From: Adineta vaga
Taxonomy: Eukaryota; Animalia; Rotifera
Direction: 5' to 3'
NCBI GenBank assembly: GCA_021613535.1
Contig: CP075493.1
Span: 4,836,001 to 4,900,000 of the forward strand
Length of the DNA: 64,000 nucleotides
Positions within the stretch are counted from its first letter, which is position 1. Each line of letters starts with the position of its first letter. Below are positions 1-15,149 of this stretch, piece after piece. The notes below the pieces were generated by a model, which saw only the letters and a list, made by a program, of their open reading frames with translations, was not told the origin of the DNA and made no database searches. The position numbers were made by a program, and so were the translations under genes.

Positions 1-337
1 GCAAGATAGTTCTCTTTTTATGTTCACAAAATTAATCAAAAGCATACAGTACGACTTAAATGAAGCCAATTCCATTCATTTGTTATTTTATCAACATATT
101 TCAACCCGAAATACCAATGTTCACGAAGACCCAGTGTTTGACAAATCAATGAAAATATTGTATTACCCTTAGCGGATGCCTAAAATAAGTTTGGATTTAA
201 TGAAGAATAAGAAATAACAGATCGATATGTTCATTAAAAAAACTTACCTCAATAGTAAACTGTAGTTCCGCATCTAATGTAAAGATTTTACAAAAGTATT
301 CATCAGATTTTTTCTTTCTACTACTAAACACCGGCAT
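1..337 (-). CDS. Merlin/ERM-family FERM protein, 5' part (gene continues beyond window start)
   Basis: Not in ORF track. Manual splice: exon 1 (ATG 337) MPVFSSRKKKSDEYFCKIFTLDAELQFTIE|gtaagt; exon 2 ASAKGNTIFSLICQTLGLREHWYFGLKYVDKITNEWNWLHLSRT|gtatgc. Matches the ERM/merlin F1 lobe (TMDAELEF...CRTLGLRETWFFGL). The basic N-terminal extension is more merlin-like. Confidence 0.85.
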
Positions 338-736
338 GGAGCGAGAGAGAAAAAAAAATGGTTTCGAATGATTTTTTTCTAATAATATCTAAAAAAAGGA
401 TGACAACAACATTCTTTACTATTGTCTTATTCTTATCTATATTTCATTGTAGTATATTGAAGTGAGTCGTTTATTTAAACATTGATATTACCTACATAAC
501 AGTTAATCTTTCATTTTCTGCCTATACGTACGGAAGACTCATTTTTTCGTATGTTTTTTTCTCTCTTCTGTACGTGTATATATGTCTTTTCTTCATTCAT
601 TAACGTTTTTCGACAATCTCAGAGCGCGTGCGTGACATTATCGACGAGGAACAGAACCAATCGTTCTCTCTTTTCTTTTCGTATTTCGTTTCTGCTACGC
701 AAGAAACCACATGCCAGACATACCTTTGCCTATTTT

Positions 737-762
737 TTCTTCTTCTTCTTCTTCTTCTTCTT
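737..762. repeat. (TTC)n microsatellite
   Basis: About 8 tandem TTC units. Confidence 0.9.
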
Positions 763-1771
763 TTTCTTTTTATTTCTCATACCTATACGTTGACTTGTCG
801 CACATTGATGTAGATTTGTTTGTCACGAATATAACTTCATCAGTTGTTTTTATTATTATTATTAACATTAAAATATATCTTTTTGTAGAATTTGACGTAA
901 AAATCATTTAGAAGAAATACGTCAATAGCAAAGATTATTGACATAGATTTACATAGTTTACTCTTGAAAAAGAAAATTTATTCAAAATACTCAACATGAT
1001 GTGTGCAATCGACGAAGTTTCAATAGAATTTATCTTTTCTTTTTCTTCTGCCCACATTGAATACCAAACATAAATAACATTCAATTATAGACAATGACGT
1101 ATTTGAAAAAATTCTGACATCACTCTCTTTTCTTGTTCGATTAGTATTCGTAAAACTATTCGACGATTTCAAATATAAATATCAAACTCTCTATACATTC
1201 GTGAGTTTTTTATTACCATTCCAATTCATGACTAATTTCAACTTTACTGATATCTTATCTATCATTCATAATCATAGAGAAACACGAAGTTTTTCGTTTT
1301 TGTTAATATCATCATATATTGATTTTTCTTTTCTATTCTATTTGCATGTTTATTACTAGTGTAAGAGCAATTATCACTTAATGATGCGATGTGCACTTAA
1401 ATCATTGAAAAATCAAGATTTTTTTTATCAGTTTCTATATCAAACTTTATCAAAAGAGAGGTAAAAAATAGCAAGTGATACTTTTATCTCACATTTTCAT
1501 CTATAACGAAAAGTACTTTGGTCTGTTTGAAACACAGAAAATTCCATCTTCAGGTAAAAATAATCGAATAAGAAACTGACGTTGTTTTATAAGCTATACA
1601 TTATGTTGAAAGCTCGTCTATGACATAGAAAATATCCTTATTATCGAAGTAAATAGTCTTATATTTAAAAATAGGATGAAAAGTACGATGCATTTTTTTG
1701 TATTTTACTTGCATCAATCACAATCGCTTTTAAAATGTTAGTTGTCAATATTGATTAGAAGTCATCATAAC

Positions 1772-1805
1772 TGTTTGTTTGTTTGTTTGTTTGTTTGTTT
1801 GTTTG
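1772..1805. repeat. (TTTG)n microsatellite
   Basis: About 8 tandem TGTT units. Confidence 0.9.
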
Positions 1806-3269
1806 CTATGAATAATGAATGAATCATAGATGATTGTATTCATGGTCTTGTAATATTTTTTTCTAAATAAAAGATGGTCTGTAATGATTGAACTATCTTG
1901 GCATTGATTTGTTTCTTCGTACATCTTTGATAAAACAATATACATGACACACTCTGTCTCGGAACACTTTTCACAATTACTGAACTTCTTTTTTTCACAT
2001 TATGTTCACAACGACATGTGATTTTCTCTTGATGTTACCATTATATCGTCGGAATCATTCGATACATTTATAGTACCGATAGTCTTTATTGACAAATTAA
2101 TCATAGACTCAAACGATCAATTGACTGAACTTATAATGAATTTTCACGGATATATGATGATTTACTCTTCCATTTATCAAGTATTGGTATCTTGATTGTG
2201 ATTCATTTACAAAGGACATACAATACATCCAAAAACTCTGTTGTTTATCGTAGATTTTTAATATTTTCCGTCTATTTAAATATTATTTGCAAATAATTCG
2301 AAAGAGAAGAAATCGAATTCAATAATCAAACGTAATCCGATCGGAACTACTTCGATATATTGTCCATACTTTAACACGATCACCTATTGATCTTTCTCAC
2401 ACATTCTCATGTTATCTATTTCCTTCCAAATGAGAATATTGTCGGCAATTGTTTTATTTTAATAAAATCATAACTTCTATAAAAAAAAAGACAGCGGAAC
2501 CGGAACGAAGATCAATTCAAGATTGTCGGGTGTATTTCTAGTCAATATGTATATATTGACACCCAAGAAAATAGAGAAATGATACTCTTTTTCTTTTACT
2601 CGCTGTCTCTCACCTGATTGTCAATAACAGAGAGAGAGAGAGAGAGAAACAAAAATTCACATTTAACTGACAAATTTTGTTTAACTTAAACGCACGAAAG
2701 ATCACCACCATATGTCGATAGAAGTCAACAAGCGACGATGCTGTGATTGAGATGCAAATATACGTCGGATGGATGCGCTTGTCTCAACATATACCCACAC
2801 TATAGGGACATTGGACATCAAGAAGTTACATTTTCATTAAAAAAACTTACCATAAGACAATGCTCACGAGAGAAAGAGAGAAAGTTAATGCAGCTGATAC
2901 ACGACCATCTGGTCTCCCTTTTGATTAACTTTATTCGTTCTAAATCCTTCGTTTTTCTTTCTCCTTCTTACTGTCATCCGATCAGAGAGTAGACCGCCTT
3001 CGTTAAATCTCCTTCCTTTTCAACTAATGATCTGTTGACTTTCATTTTTTTTTGTCACTTGTCTATCAAGATGATTGAGGTAAGAATAGTATATAAAAAA
3101 ACTGCTCATTTTGTGTTCTTTTTTTTATGACAGTATCACACAAAATATATATATATATAGAGTGAGAGAAAGAGGGAAAAAGAGAAGAAAAAAAGAAAAA
3201 AAAGCGAAACACTGTGTAAAGTGTGTAACAAGTGAAAAGAAAACTCGAAAAAAAGAAAAGAGAGAAATG

Positions 3270-4451
3270 TTACAAATGTGTTGGATAATGATAATCATAA
3301 TAGTCTCCTGTTGTTCCTGTTGGTGTTGATGATGAACTTGGACTCGTTCCATGAAGATGATTAGTTGATGCCGATGCTGTTCCATTTCCTAATGGTGGTG
3401 TGACACGTTTTTCTTTTTGTCGTCGATTACAAAACCAAACACGAACAACTTCTTTTTCCAATTGCAATTGATCAGCTAAGTGTGCAATATCTTGAGCAGC
3501 TGGTTTGGGATTTCGTGCAAAATTGATTTCTAATGCTTGTTTGATACTCACTTCAATAGATGTACGTTTCTTACGTTTACGTCCACTAGCAGCAATTTTT
3601 TCCATGGAATTTGATGTGCCGGTTTGAGATTCTGAATCTTCTAACCATTTAGCTAATAATGGACGTAATTTACACATATTTTTAAAACTTAATTGTAATG
3701 CTTCAAAACGACATATTGTTGTTTGACTAAAAACATTTCCATAAAGATTGCCAAGTGCTAAACCAACATCCGCTTGAGTATAACCAAGTTTAATACGTCG
3801 TTGTTTAAATTGTTTAGAAAATCGATTTAAATCATTATTATCAATATGAATTTGATGATCATCGTCATCAATATTGTTATTGATTTGAAGTAAATTTAGA
3901 TCATTCTCATCCAACGATGACGATGTTGGTGGAGGTGGTGGAAGTGGAATTTGAAAATGATGATCAGGATCAGTTGCTGATGAACCATATGTTGGAATAA
4001 ATTGATGATTGGTTAAATAAGGTTGATGATGATAATTTGCCGATGGATAATAATGTGAAGGATTTGCTGACCAATAATCTTCAATTGATAATGAATGTTG
4101 TTTATGTGGATGGTGTTGCATAATAACTGGCCATGCTGTTCCATTGATCGGACTTGATGATGGTGGTGGTGGTGAAACACTTTTTCGATCAGTTAAATTA
4201 TTTGGACTTGTTGTACTGTTTCCTGTAGTAAATAAATAGTTATTATTTGGTTTCACATCAGTTTGTTGAAGAATTAAATCATTCGAAGAATCTGATGATG
4301 ATGGATAGAAGAATGTATTTGGTGTTGAAGATGTTGCTGAATCAAGTTGATGTTGATGATGAAATGGATGAATATGATGATGCGTATGAATATGATGATG
4401 ATGAAGAGCATAAGCTGCTGCGGCAGCAACGCTTGAAGGTGATGTTGACAT
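3270..4451 (-). CDS. POU3: POU class III homeodomain transcription factor (Brn/vvl-like), intronless
   Basis: POU-specific domain ([56 protein letters not shown]), class III-type linker ([17 protein letters not shown]) and homeodomain [11 protein letters not shown]. His/Pro-rich N-terminus. Confidence 0.95.
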   Translation of the reverse strand: MSTSPSSVAAAAAYALHHHHIHTHHHIHPFHHQHQLDSATSSTPNTFFYPSSSDSSNDLILQQTDVKPNNNYLFTTGNSTTSPNNLTDRKSVSPPPPSSSPINGTAWPVIMQHHPHKQHSLSIEDYWSANPSHYYPSANYHHQPYLTNHQFIPTYGSSATDPDHHFQIPLPPPPPTSSSLDENDLNLLQINNNIDDDDHQIHIDNNDLNRFSKQFKQRRIKLGYTQADVGLALGNLYGNVFSQTTICRFEALQLSFKNMCKLRPLLAKWLEDSESQTGTSNSMEKIAASGRKRKKRTSIEVSIKQALEINFARNPKPAAQDIAHLADQLQLEKEVVRVWFCNRRQKEKRVTPPLGNGTASASTNHLHGTSPSSSSTPTGTTGDYYDYHYPTHL

Positions 4452-7400
4452 GATTAAATAAAATCATGAACAAATCAATAACTAGATAATAAAACAAAAT
4501 ATAAAGAATTCTGTATTAATTTTCATGTTTTATTACAAAGCATTCTTTTTTTTCTTCTATGTTTAGTTAATACTTACGATGAGAAAAAGGGAGAAAACTA
4601 AAATCTCGTTGATCAATATGCAGTAGAAAATGCGCTTGAAAAGCAATGGAAATATGACTACTAAAAAACTGGCAATCTTTATTTGAATATCAATATGTGG
4701 ATAAGATAGCTGCTGGTACTAGTACTATTTTGGCATGCAAATGAAATTCAGATTTGCCGCCGTCCGATGCTTCTTCTGTCAAGGAGTTGCTCTCTTTCTC
4801 CTTTTGCGCACTAGTCGTGATGACAAGATAGCTTCTCTTTATTTGTGTATGTATGCATGCATGCAACAAGTGCATCGAACGAAAGGAAGCGGAGGAGAAA
4901 GAAAGAAAAAAAAACGATGAAGAAGAAGAAAGTCGGTTGGTTGATTGAAGGAATAGAAACTTGAATTTTTTTGATTGGATAGAATGACCTTTAGGGAGAC
5001 GAAGAATAAGCAGAAGAAAAAGAAAAAAGAATGATCGGATTTCTTTTTTTTTGTCGTTACCATTGCGTGATTGATGGATCTAATCGTATGTGTGTATACA
5101 AGACATTTCCTGTGTCACCATCACATAGGAAGACAAGAAGGAGAGAGAGAGAGCAAAGGAAAAAAAACTGAAGAAATGATAGTGAATGAGACAAACAAAC
5201 ATCTAGCAGATGGTCCGATCAGTTGGAGATCGACCATTTCTAATTAGACAAGTCTAGAAATACAACTCGAAAATGAAATTAGCTAGTTTTTCTTTCTGCC
5301 TAACTAGCCAAGATCAGAGACACGGGAAATTAGGTTAATCGAATTGTTCTTTGTCATTATTCTTCATATTCGATATAGTTGGTAAGAATAACAAAATAAA
5401 AAGAGAAAATAAGAGAGAAGAGTCGCTGGTCGACCGAGTGAAATCACAAGGCTTCTCTTATCGAAAGGAAAGAAGCTAAAACTAATCCTCTCGCACCTTG
5501 ACAAATATACAAACGACCTTTCCACACCTCTATTTCGTTTCTAATGATGGATTTGGACTTTTCGTTTCTCTCTCTCTCCCTCTCCTTTTCTTTATTAACC
5601 TACGTATATATTTATATTTTGACTGGTTTCTATTCTTGTTTGATTTTTCTCCTCCTTAGACACCTTGAAAAAGCATCATACTTCTCTTAACTCATCAAAC
5701 ATTTGGCACATTCGCCCACCTTAAAATAAATAGGAAATGAAACAAAATTAGTTCGAAGAATATTCAAATGTGTGCGCGTGCCATTAGATTCAATAATGAA
5801 CAAATAGAAAACTTGAATTTCTTTGTCAATGTGCATGATCACATTGTTATCTCTAGTCAATATGCAAATGTTCATTCTTCCTGTTTGATGCATTCGTATT
5901 TTTCTTTCTCAATTCAAACGAATAATATCTTTGTTACACATCAATGTTAATGTTATTCTCTCTTTCGATCTTAATATCGTTTTCAAAGCGCGTAAAAGAA
6001 TCGAACTCAATTGGACCACACATTTTTTATTGACATTTCTAAAGAAAAAAGTTAGTGAAGCAAACGGTAATCGAATTAGAAATATCCACCGACTGAATAC
6101 ATCAACATACGAGCGAGAGAAAAAAGAAAGAAAAACGCTACTTATGTCAACAATAAATGTTTAATTATTTGCTCATAGAAAAGAAAACTAGAGACACTAT
6201 GTGCATGTCAATGAGTACCGATCGGATTTCGTTTCGAAGATGACAGTAAGACGAAGAATAAAGTCAAGCATTTGTACATACATATACGAAGAGAGAGAGA
6301 GAGAAAGACGGATGAATTGAATTGATCTATTCATAAGTATATGCACAGATGAACAAAGGAATAACAAGACAAGACTATCAATCATATTGTAGAGAAGTAT
6401 GGCAGATGAGACCAATCAAGGGACCGGATGGAAATGGGTGGAGTCAATAGATAAAGACGTGACATACATGTAAAAATGATTTTTATCAAGTCAAAATCAG
6501 ATGTTTTCAATGAATGATCATCGAATTCGAACAAGTTGAAGCAAAATTCTATTTACTTGATGAATTAAAACCAGAAAGAAATGAAATAACGAAGAAAAAA
6601 TTAAATGAATCCTTCATTTAAATTAAATTATATAGCCTTTCCTTTTTTCTTCTCTAATCACATTATAGCAAATGATGACAAGCAATCATAAGGACCGATA
6701 TTTCAAACTTTACTCTGGCCTTTCTTTCTTTCTTTTTACGTTCTCGAAATATTCCATCTGCTTTTTATACGATATGTTGACTATTAAAGAAAGATAGATC
6801 AATTTCAAGTGATGGTACTCGGCGTTATTTTTTTTCTTTGTATTGCTTCACGCACGCACGACTTGTTCCGCCATTTGTATGTGTGCATGCTCGTCTGAGT
6901 GTGTACATATATATATATATGTCAGTGAACACTAACTACTAAAATAAGTGGCAAGTTGTTGTCAATACTAATGGAACGCGACCCATTTACTAGTTAGTCG
7001 TCGTTTATGACTCGTGTCAAATTACTCACTTCGAACTGTCATCAGCATGATTGCGATCAATAGAGGACGCCAATTGACGTTCAGTCGATGTGGTTGAATA
7101 AGATAGAATAGGGTATACATACTTTAGACGTCCTTCTAAAATAAAGTTTAAAAATTATATATAAAAAAAGGTCAAGTTTAAGAATTCAACTTCATATTAA
7201 AAGAATCGAACAAGAGAGAATGAAATGCAAACACTACATCAGACTATAGTTTTGCTTCTTCTTTAAATCTTAAGATTTATGAGAATTTATAAAGTGTTCT
7301 AAAAAAGAGTAGTAATATTTTGTACTAATTATCTAGATTTGATATTATACTATCACTTTCTCTTCGATCATGATAATTTATATTAGGAAAAGTGAAATTA

Positions 7401-8639
7401 TTTTCGGTTCATATAAAAAATCATCGCTCAACTTGCATTTGATCATAAATTTTCTCTCCTCATATAAATTGTACATATCAATATGTATAAGTTCAGCTCA
7501 GTGGATTCATCATCGTGAAATTTTAAGTTTACATACCATGTAATAGAATTGAAAGATATCATTGCTCTTCTTTGAAATCTTTCGTCTTGCTTCTGTCGAG
7601 AAAACTCGAGAAAGTGATGACGAAAAGAAAAGAAGAGGGGAGAGAGAGAGAAAGATGTAGAGAAAGGAATTATCATAAACCGAATGCAATAAAATGAATA
7701 TACATACTATTTGCATACATAACGGAGTGCGCGGACACAAGCTCCTGTTCGTCTCTCAACGATGAAGAGATGCAAGCAAGTTACGTTCACGGCGCAAGAA
7801 AGAGAAAAAAAGAATTTTTTTAGACATTGCCTAATAAGATCAAACTCGAATTTGAATATTTATATATATTCTCTTCTTATTTCATTACCTAGACTATTGT
7901 TCGACAAGCAATTGTCCGAAATGATAGAACAAGTCGTCATTCTTCCAATTGACATCTGATCAGAATAGAACGAAGAAGTTTCTCTGTTCAAATGAGAAAA
8001 ACTCTCTACTATAAAGACGAAATCAAATACTTACTCTAACTAATAAATGTGATCGTTGTTAGTGACAAGTCATATAAATATGTAGCTTTTCGTCTCGTCT
8101 TGCCTCTTTTTCTCTTTCTAATTGATTATGCATACATCATCTCTTCTTCTGTCGTCGTCGTCATCACATTATACGACTTCACACTGATTTTTTATGCATG
8201 TAAATTTTTTTTCTCACTCGCTTTACTTATAGACATCATATAAATATACATATATTCTAATCTGATCGTTGTTATTACTGTAGATCAAAAAATAGAAAGT
8301 AATCACATTCAATACGATATACATATATATATATTTACCAAAAGAAGAGCACTAGAATAATCCTTTTCTTGCATTTTAAATCATCAAAGATATTCTAACC
8401 AATACTAACATGTAAAAGTAAGTAGTAATAATGAAGTGAACTCGCAGTGTCTGAATATTGAACTGATTGGACCGTTCAAGTATTCGATAGATCAAATGAT
8501 CAGATTGAATACTAATCTAATTCAATTATCTCTCAACCGTTCTTGTTAAGTGATGTAAATATATTTAAGAACAGATGTTTTTCCTAACATTTTTATTTTG
8601 ATTATTTTTTATTGACATATTACAATTTCATATAGATAA

Positions 8640-9706
8640 TCAATCAAAACCGTCGTCATCTAACGTATTCCGACAAACACAAACAGCTAATATTAATGCC
8701 GTTAACTAGAACAAGTAAAAAAAAGGAAATAATCGAAATTTTAACTACAAAAAATTGAAATATATTTACCTCAAGTATTGCAATACCAAGTCCAACTGCA
8801 ACAATTAATCTTGAATAGAAATGTAAATATTCATTAATTGCTTGATAACAACCAAAACGATATGCATCACTTTCCAGACAGATTCCATTTAACAAACTAA
8901 TACAGCAGGATGAAGGTAGACGACGATCAAACAGTTTATAATCAAGATTATTATGAAAATCCGATGAATCATCAATACCACAACATGCAAACTGAAAACA
9001 AGAGATGTAGTTTAACATCGATTAAATATCCGCTTTTTTCAAAAGAGCTAAGAAATACATATCAAGATAACTTGATCACATACTTGCTTCTGAACAGAAT
9101 TCAAATCATGTTCAAATCGTTGTGGTTTCGAATAATTATAAGTTTGAATTCGTCTTTTCAATGTTTTTGGTAATCGAGTATCCCATTCATCACTCAACAA
9201 TACCGTATACATTGCAACAATAAGTTCACCACCCATGACCAATAAAATAAAGAAGACATACTACAAAAAAGAAACGAATTTCATTCATTATCACTCTTAT
9301 ATACATTGAAATTTGACTTACTAAACCAAGTAATAATCGAGATTCTCTTACTGAACCACAACATCCTAGTAAACCAACGATAAAAACAAGTGTACCAACA
9401 CCAATTAAAATATAACCAATATTAAGAAATGATGGTACAAGTCGAGAATCATAGGATAATAATGCAAATAATTCATGTAAATCACGTTTAAATAAAATCA
9501 GAATTCCACAACTTAAAAAAGCACCACCAGTCAACTAAAATCAATAGATAAAGAAAACAATCTTTCTTTTCATTGATTTATATTGAAATACAATCATCCA
9601 GAAATAATTTCATCTTTAGAATTCAATCATTTATATAAACAATGCTTACCCAGATGATTAAATTAAAGAAGAGTAGAAGATATTTCGCACATAAACAGCA
9701 GGTCAT
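8640..9706 (-). CDS. Tetraspanin
   Basis: Spliced: MTCCLCAKYLLLFFNLIIW..., GLLGCCGSVRESRLLL, CCG motif (FACCGIDDSSDF), PSSCC, GCY; four TM segments; ends ...RNTLDDDGFD*. Confidence 0.9.
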
Positions 9707-10918
9707 CGTTGTTGATTGTTAGAGAAATAAATTCTTCGTTTTTCTTAGAAAAATAACTGATGGCAAGTAAGTGAGACAATATTTTACTTTTGTTCTGCTA
9801 CAGTATAATTAGAATGAGAATATATATGTATATATACTGTTGCTATTGTTCGTTCACCTTGGACGACAAAACGGTGTACAGATAAGAAAAAGGAAGAACA
9901 AAAGCGAGTAAAGAGATGAATTTCATTCTTTCAATTTTTTTGTGTTCTCTGACCATTACACTTCAGTGTTAAGCCAATGTGCATATTGAATGAGATTCTT
10001 TAAGTGCTACTGTTACAGTCTGTTCTTATACTACTGTCACCCTCAATTAATAAAACAACGAGATAGAGACAAAGCGAATAATATAGAGATTAACCGACAG
10101 AAAATGAATGACCGGTCTCTTTCTTTCAACGTCAACGAATTGAAGTAGAAGAGAGAAGAAGAAAAAAATGATTTGTTTCCTTTTTTTTCCTTTAACAAAG
10201 GAAGTTGTTGTACTGTTCAGTATCATTATCATCGGAATGAGTAGAAACGGAAATGAGAAAGTCTATACATTGAAAAAAAAGTCTTATTGAAATTTCAAAA
10301 TATTCAATAGTAACATTGTCTATATCAAGAAAATCATTATCGATTTCTTTTCTAGATTGCGTTTGCATGACATATAAGACAATAATGTTCTCGATCTGGC
10401 ATACGAAGTACAATTAGAATTAATTATGTACAAATGATGAATAAGTTCTCCGGATATGTACATTTTTATTAATCTAGCATGGATAAATACAATGAAACAA
10501 ACATACATTTCCTTTCGGTCTTAGTCTCTTCATGTGAACTCATTTTAATTGATATCAAACAATGATCAGAATACTTTCGTAAGATTTATTTGAAAAAAAA
10601 AAGAAATTTTTACTGTCGACTAAATAGATAAGAATCAGAGCAGCTAAAATAGAATACTTATTTAAAGATTGTTATTGAGCATTGGAACGAACAATCCATG
10701 TCAATGTACTTCATTGTTCTAAATAAATAAATATATAAATAAAGATTGTATTAAAATAAACGATTGAAATCATGCAAAAATGATCTGATTTTAGATACAA
10801 TCATAATTATTCGTCAGTGTAGTAAGTAAACACACGTGTTTTCTCTTAGTTTTGAACAAAAAAATGTTTATTTCTGGAAAGTATAAATCATAAAATGGAG
10901 TCGTGTCCGAAGGCGAAT

Positions 10919-12482
10919 CTACATACCTTTTCGTTCTGTTGATAATTTTGGTGATGGAGCTCGTCGAGTAAATGTCACCCAAGTATAAACAAGACTTCCA
11001 AGTGCACTAAAACAAGAGAATCCAAATTCCAAATGTATTTCATCGCATATAGATTATACGATAGTTAAGTTTCCAATCTTATTTCAAAGGATAACGATGA
11101 GCGATCGATGAAAAAAGCTTTACCATCATTTATTTACTTACCTAATATTTAATCCAATAAAATTAACTATTGAAAAGACATAATCTCCACCAATAAACAT
11201 TCCAAAATAGGTAACAAATAAATTCTTTTTAAGCAAATGAAACAAAAATCAATATATATATATATGTATATATATACATCAATCCAATAGAGTCATACTT
11301 TGCAAGCACCGACAACCGTTGTCGTCAATGGAGAATTATAATTTGTACATAACATTGTCGAATAATTAAGTAAAAAACCCATTAGACACGAAAGAAAAAA
11401 AGCACAAATAAAGCCAATATCTCTATATTGATTGTAATTCCAAACCTAGAATTGAAAAAAAACTGAATAAATATTAAATCGAGAAATCTTGCCTACTTTA
11501 TGGAGATCTTCAGTTAACAAAGTGATAATAATCATTGGTCCAAGAAGAAGAAATGAATTATAAAATAGAAGACCATTTTGATTAAAATCCTAAATACACT
11601 CAATTATTCTTCGATATATATTCATTAAGAAAAAGAATCGTCTTTTACTTTATTAACTAATTTTTGTTTAATTACTACACCTTGAATAGCTGTACTAAGA
11701 TTATTTACAAAAAGGAATGTATAACCAAACCAATTAAAAGTTAAATCATCTCCAGACGCAATCAAAGCACCAATAACCATTAAATAAACACTTGCTTGAG
11801 CAATCAATGATACTCTTTCTCTTCAAAAATATATTCAAATAAGTTATTTTAAACGAACAAATCATTCATACTTTAATATGAATTGTTCACCAATCATTGT
11901 CATCCATATTGAAAAACGACGTATTGCTGTAAACATTGGTAAACTAACGAATAGAGTACATCTTTTGAGAAGATTAGTAATAAGAAGAATACCTCACTGC
12001 TTGTGTACCACCTAGACCGAATATGAGATTACCAAAAAAGAATATGGGTAATGGCATAATCTATGTTTAGTATAAAATCAAATTTGTAGCATAGAATAAA
12101 GACAAATTCTCACCTTATTCACAACATTTGTAGAAAATGGAGGAAAATATACGATATTGAATAAACGAGCGGTATAGAGTACAAGGATAGAAATGAGTAA
12201 CTGAATAAAAATCAAGGTTTTTATATGATAAATTGTCCTTATTTATGAATTGTATTTACCTGTCCGATAGCAAGTAGTTGAAATGAAGGAAATCTATAAA
12301 AATAGAATGATGTAAAGAATCTTAAATTTAGAAAAAGAAACATACCCATATGAAGTAAGCACGATTTTATTCACAACAGTGATTAGACCTGAGCAAATCC
12401 CATAGAAAAATGCGGAAAATAATCGTTGAATAAATGTAACATTTGAAGGTTTAGAAGAATCGGAGGAGGATTTTTGTGGCAT
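10919..12482 (-). CDS. SLC35D: SLC35D-family UDP-sugar transporter (fringe connection-like)
   Basis: Multi-exon: [72 protein letters not shown]. The 3' end is approximate because the stop overlaps a possible gtatgt donor. Confidence 0.88.
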
Positions 12483-14087
12483 AGTGATTTTGAATGAAAA
12501 GAGATGCAAAGAATTCAATGTTCGGTGGGCATTTTTTGACAAAAAAACGAGACGAAATCAAAATGATAATGATTTTATCGAAAAGAATATTCATTGGGTG
12601 GAATATATTATTGATCTATAAACAATACGGTTGTGACATCTGTAGGCGAATATTAACAAGTTTAATACAATTCAGAGAAGATTTCGAATCACATTTTTCT
12701 TTCAATCATTTTTGATTTATAATTCGTTACTTGATGGCATTGACATACATTCTCATTCTTAATTCAAATTTATCGGAAATACTTCTTGTCTCGTGATCAC
12801 TATCAATAAATAGGATATTCTAATTATTTAGTGTGTACAATCGTTATCACAAATAGTAACAGTTTAAAAAAAAAACACTTTCAAAAAATAATCAGAGATT
12901 GTGATAAACTTTGAAAACTTCATGACAACATGTCTACTTGATTTTCCTAAGATTTGCATTATTGAACTGTTGAAATTGATTAACTAGTTTTGAATGTACC
13001 GAAAATTCTTCTATCCAGTATTTATTAATGAAGAAGCTCTTACGTATTCTTCTCTACTCTTAATACTGTGCTTGGAAAAATGAGTTTGAAATCAATTATT
13101 GAACGCATTTTCATTCTTATTGTGCCAAATAAGATAACACTTAAAACATACAACTCAGAATATTATACTCTACTATAGAAAAAGCTCTTCTTCAAACGGT
13201 ATGTAAAACGAAAATATCTGGTATTATACACACAGTTACATGATCATTATGTTTTTTTGAAAATATTCCTTGAAAAATTGAAAACTACAAGAAGACTATA
13301 ATCATTGAATTAAATTACATAAATATTAAAATATTTATTTACTAAAATAGTTTAGTGGTATTGACGACGAAAAAAAAGTACTTTGAATCGTTGCATCTTA
13401 ATAAATAAGAATGATTCTTAAAGTAAAAGTTAACATCAAAATTGATTTTCGTTCGATATGTCTAAAGTTATTGACAAGATTGAACTTCGTAAATCTCATT
13501 TTGTTTTATCAACAGTCATAAGTAGGTAAAATTACATAAAAATAAAGCGAGTTGATCTCATAGTATCTTCGTAGTATCATAATAGAATCGATTCGATTAA
13601 TAAATAGGATTTGGGTGAAGTAGATTTGTGTGTACTCAATTGAGGATGAGGGTGGGCGAGTGTTGGGATATCTTCATTATTCTTATCACCTTACAGATTT
13701 TCAGTAAACTCGATGAAAAAACAAGTAAAACAAAATTATATCAGTTGATATGATTCAATATTTATCTCTTTCTGTCGTGTATGTATGTTTGTTATACAAA
13801 CGAAATGTATTATTTTTGACGTTCTATTTGAAGATGTGCGCCCTCTGTATGTGTATCGATCGATACGATATCATATTTTCGATTGGACAAATATATCGAC
13901 TTGATTGATTCAAATCCATCGTGAATAATGTTATGATTCATTTGTTCGTTTCTCTTCTTTGTCTGTTTGATCCGATCTATTGAAAAATGTCTAATTTGTC
14001 TTCATAAAAATATAATGTTAATATTAGTAATCATTAATTCATTCAATCACAAATAATATTTCGATTCAAATAAAATACTCAACGTCA

Positions 14088-15010
<923 letters not shown>

Positions 15011-15149
15011 AATTTCATTACGATCGTTTGTTTTTTTTGTATGACAAAAAATCGTTTTGTTTCTTCGTCTTTTTTCGTTCGTCTGATAAAATTTTTTCTT
15101 ATGAATATCACAATGAAATCGTTTTTTTTTCAGATTATGAAAAACTAAG

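Noticed and set aside
551-3385. Short ORFs rich in F, S, K or TNKQ
   Set aside because: Products of microsatellites and A/T runs; no splice structure or protein motif.
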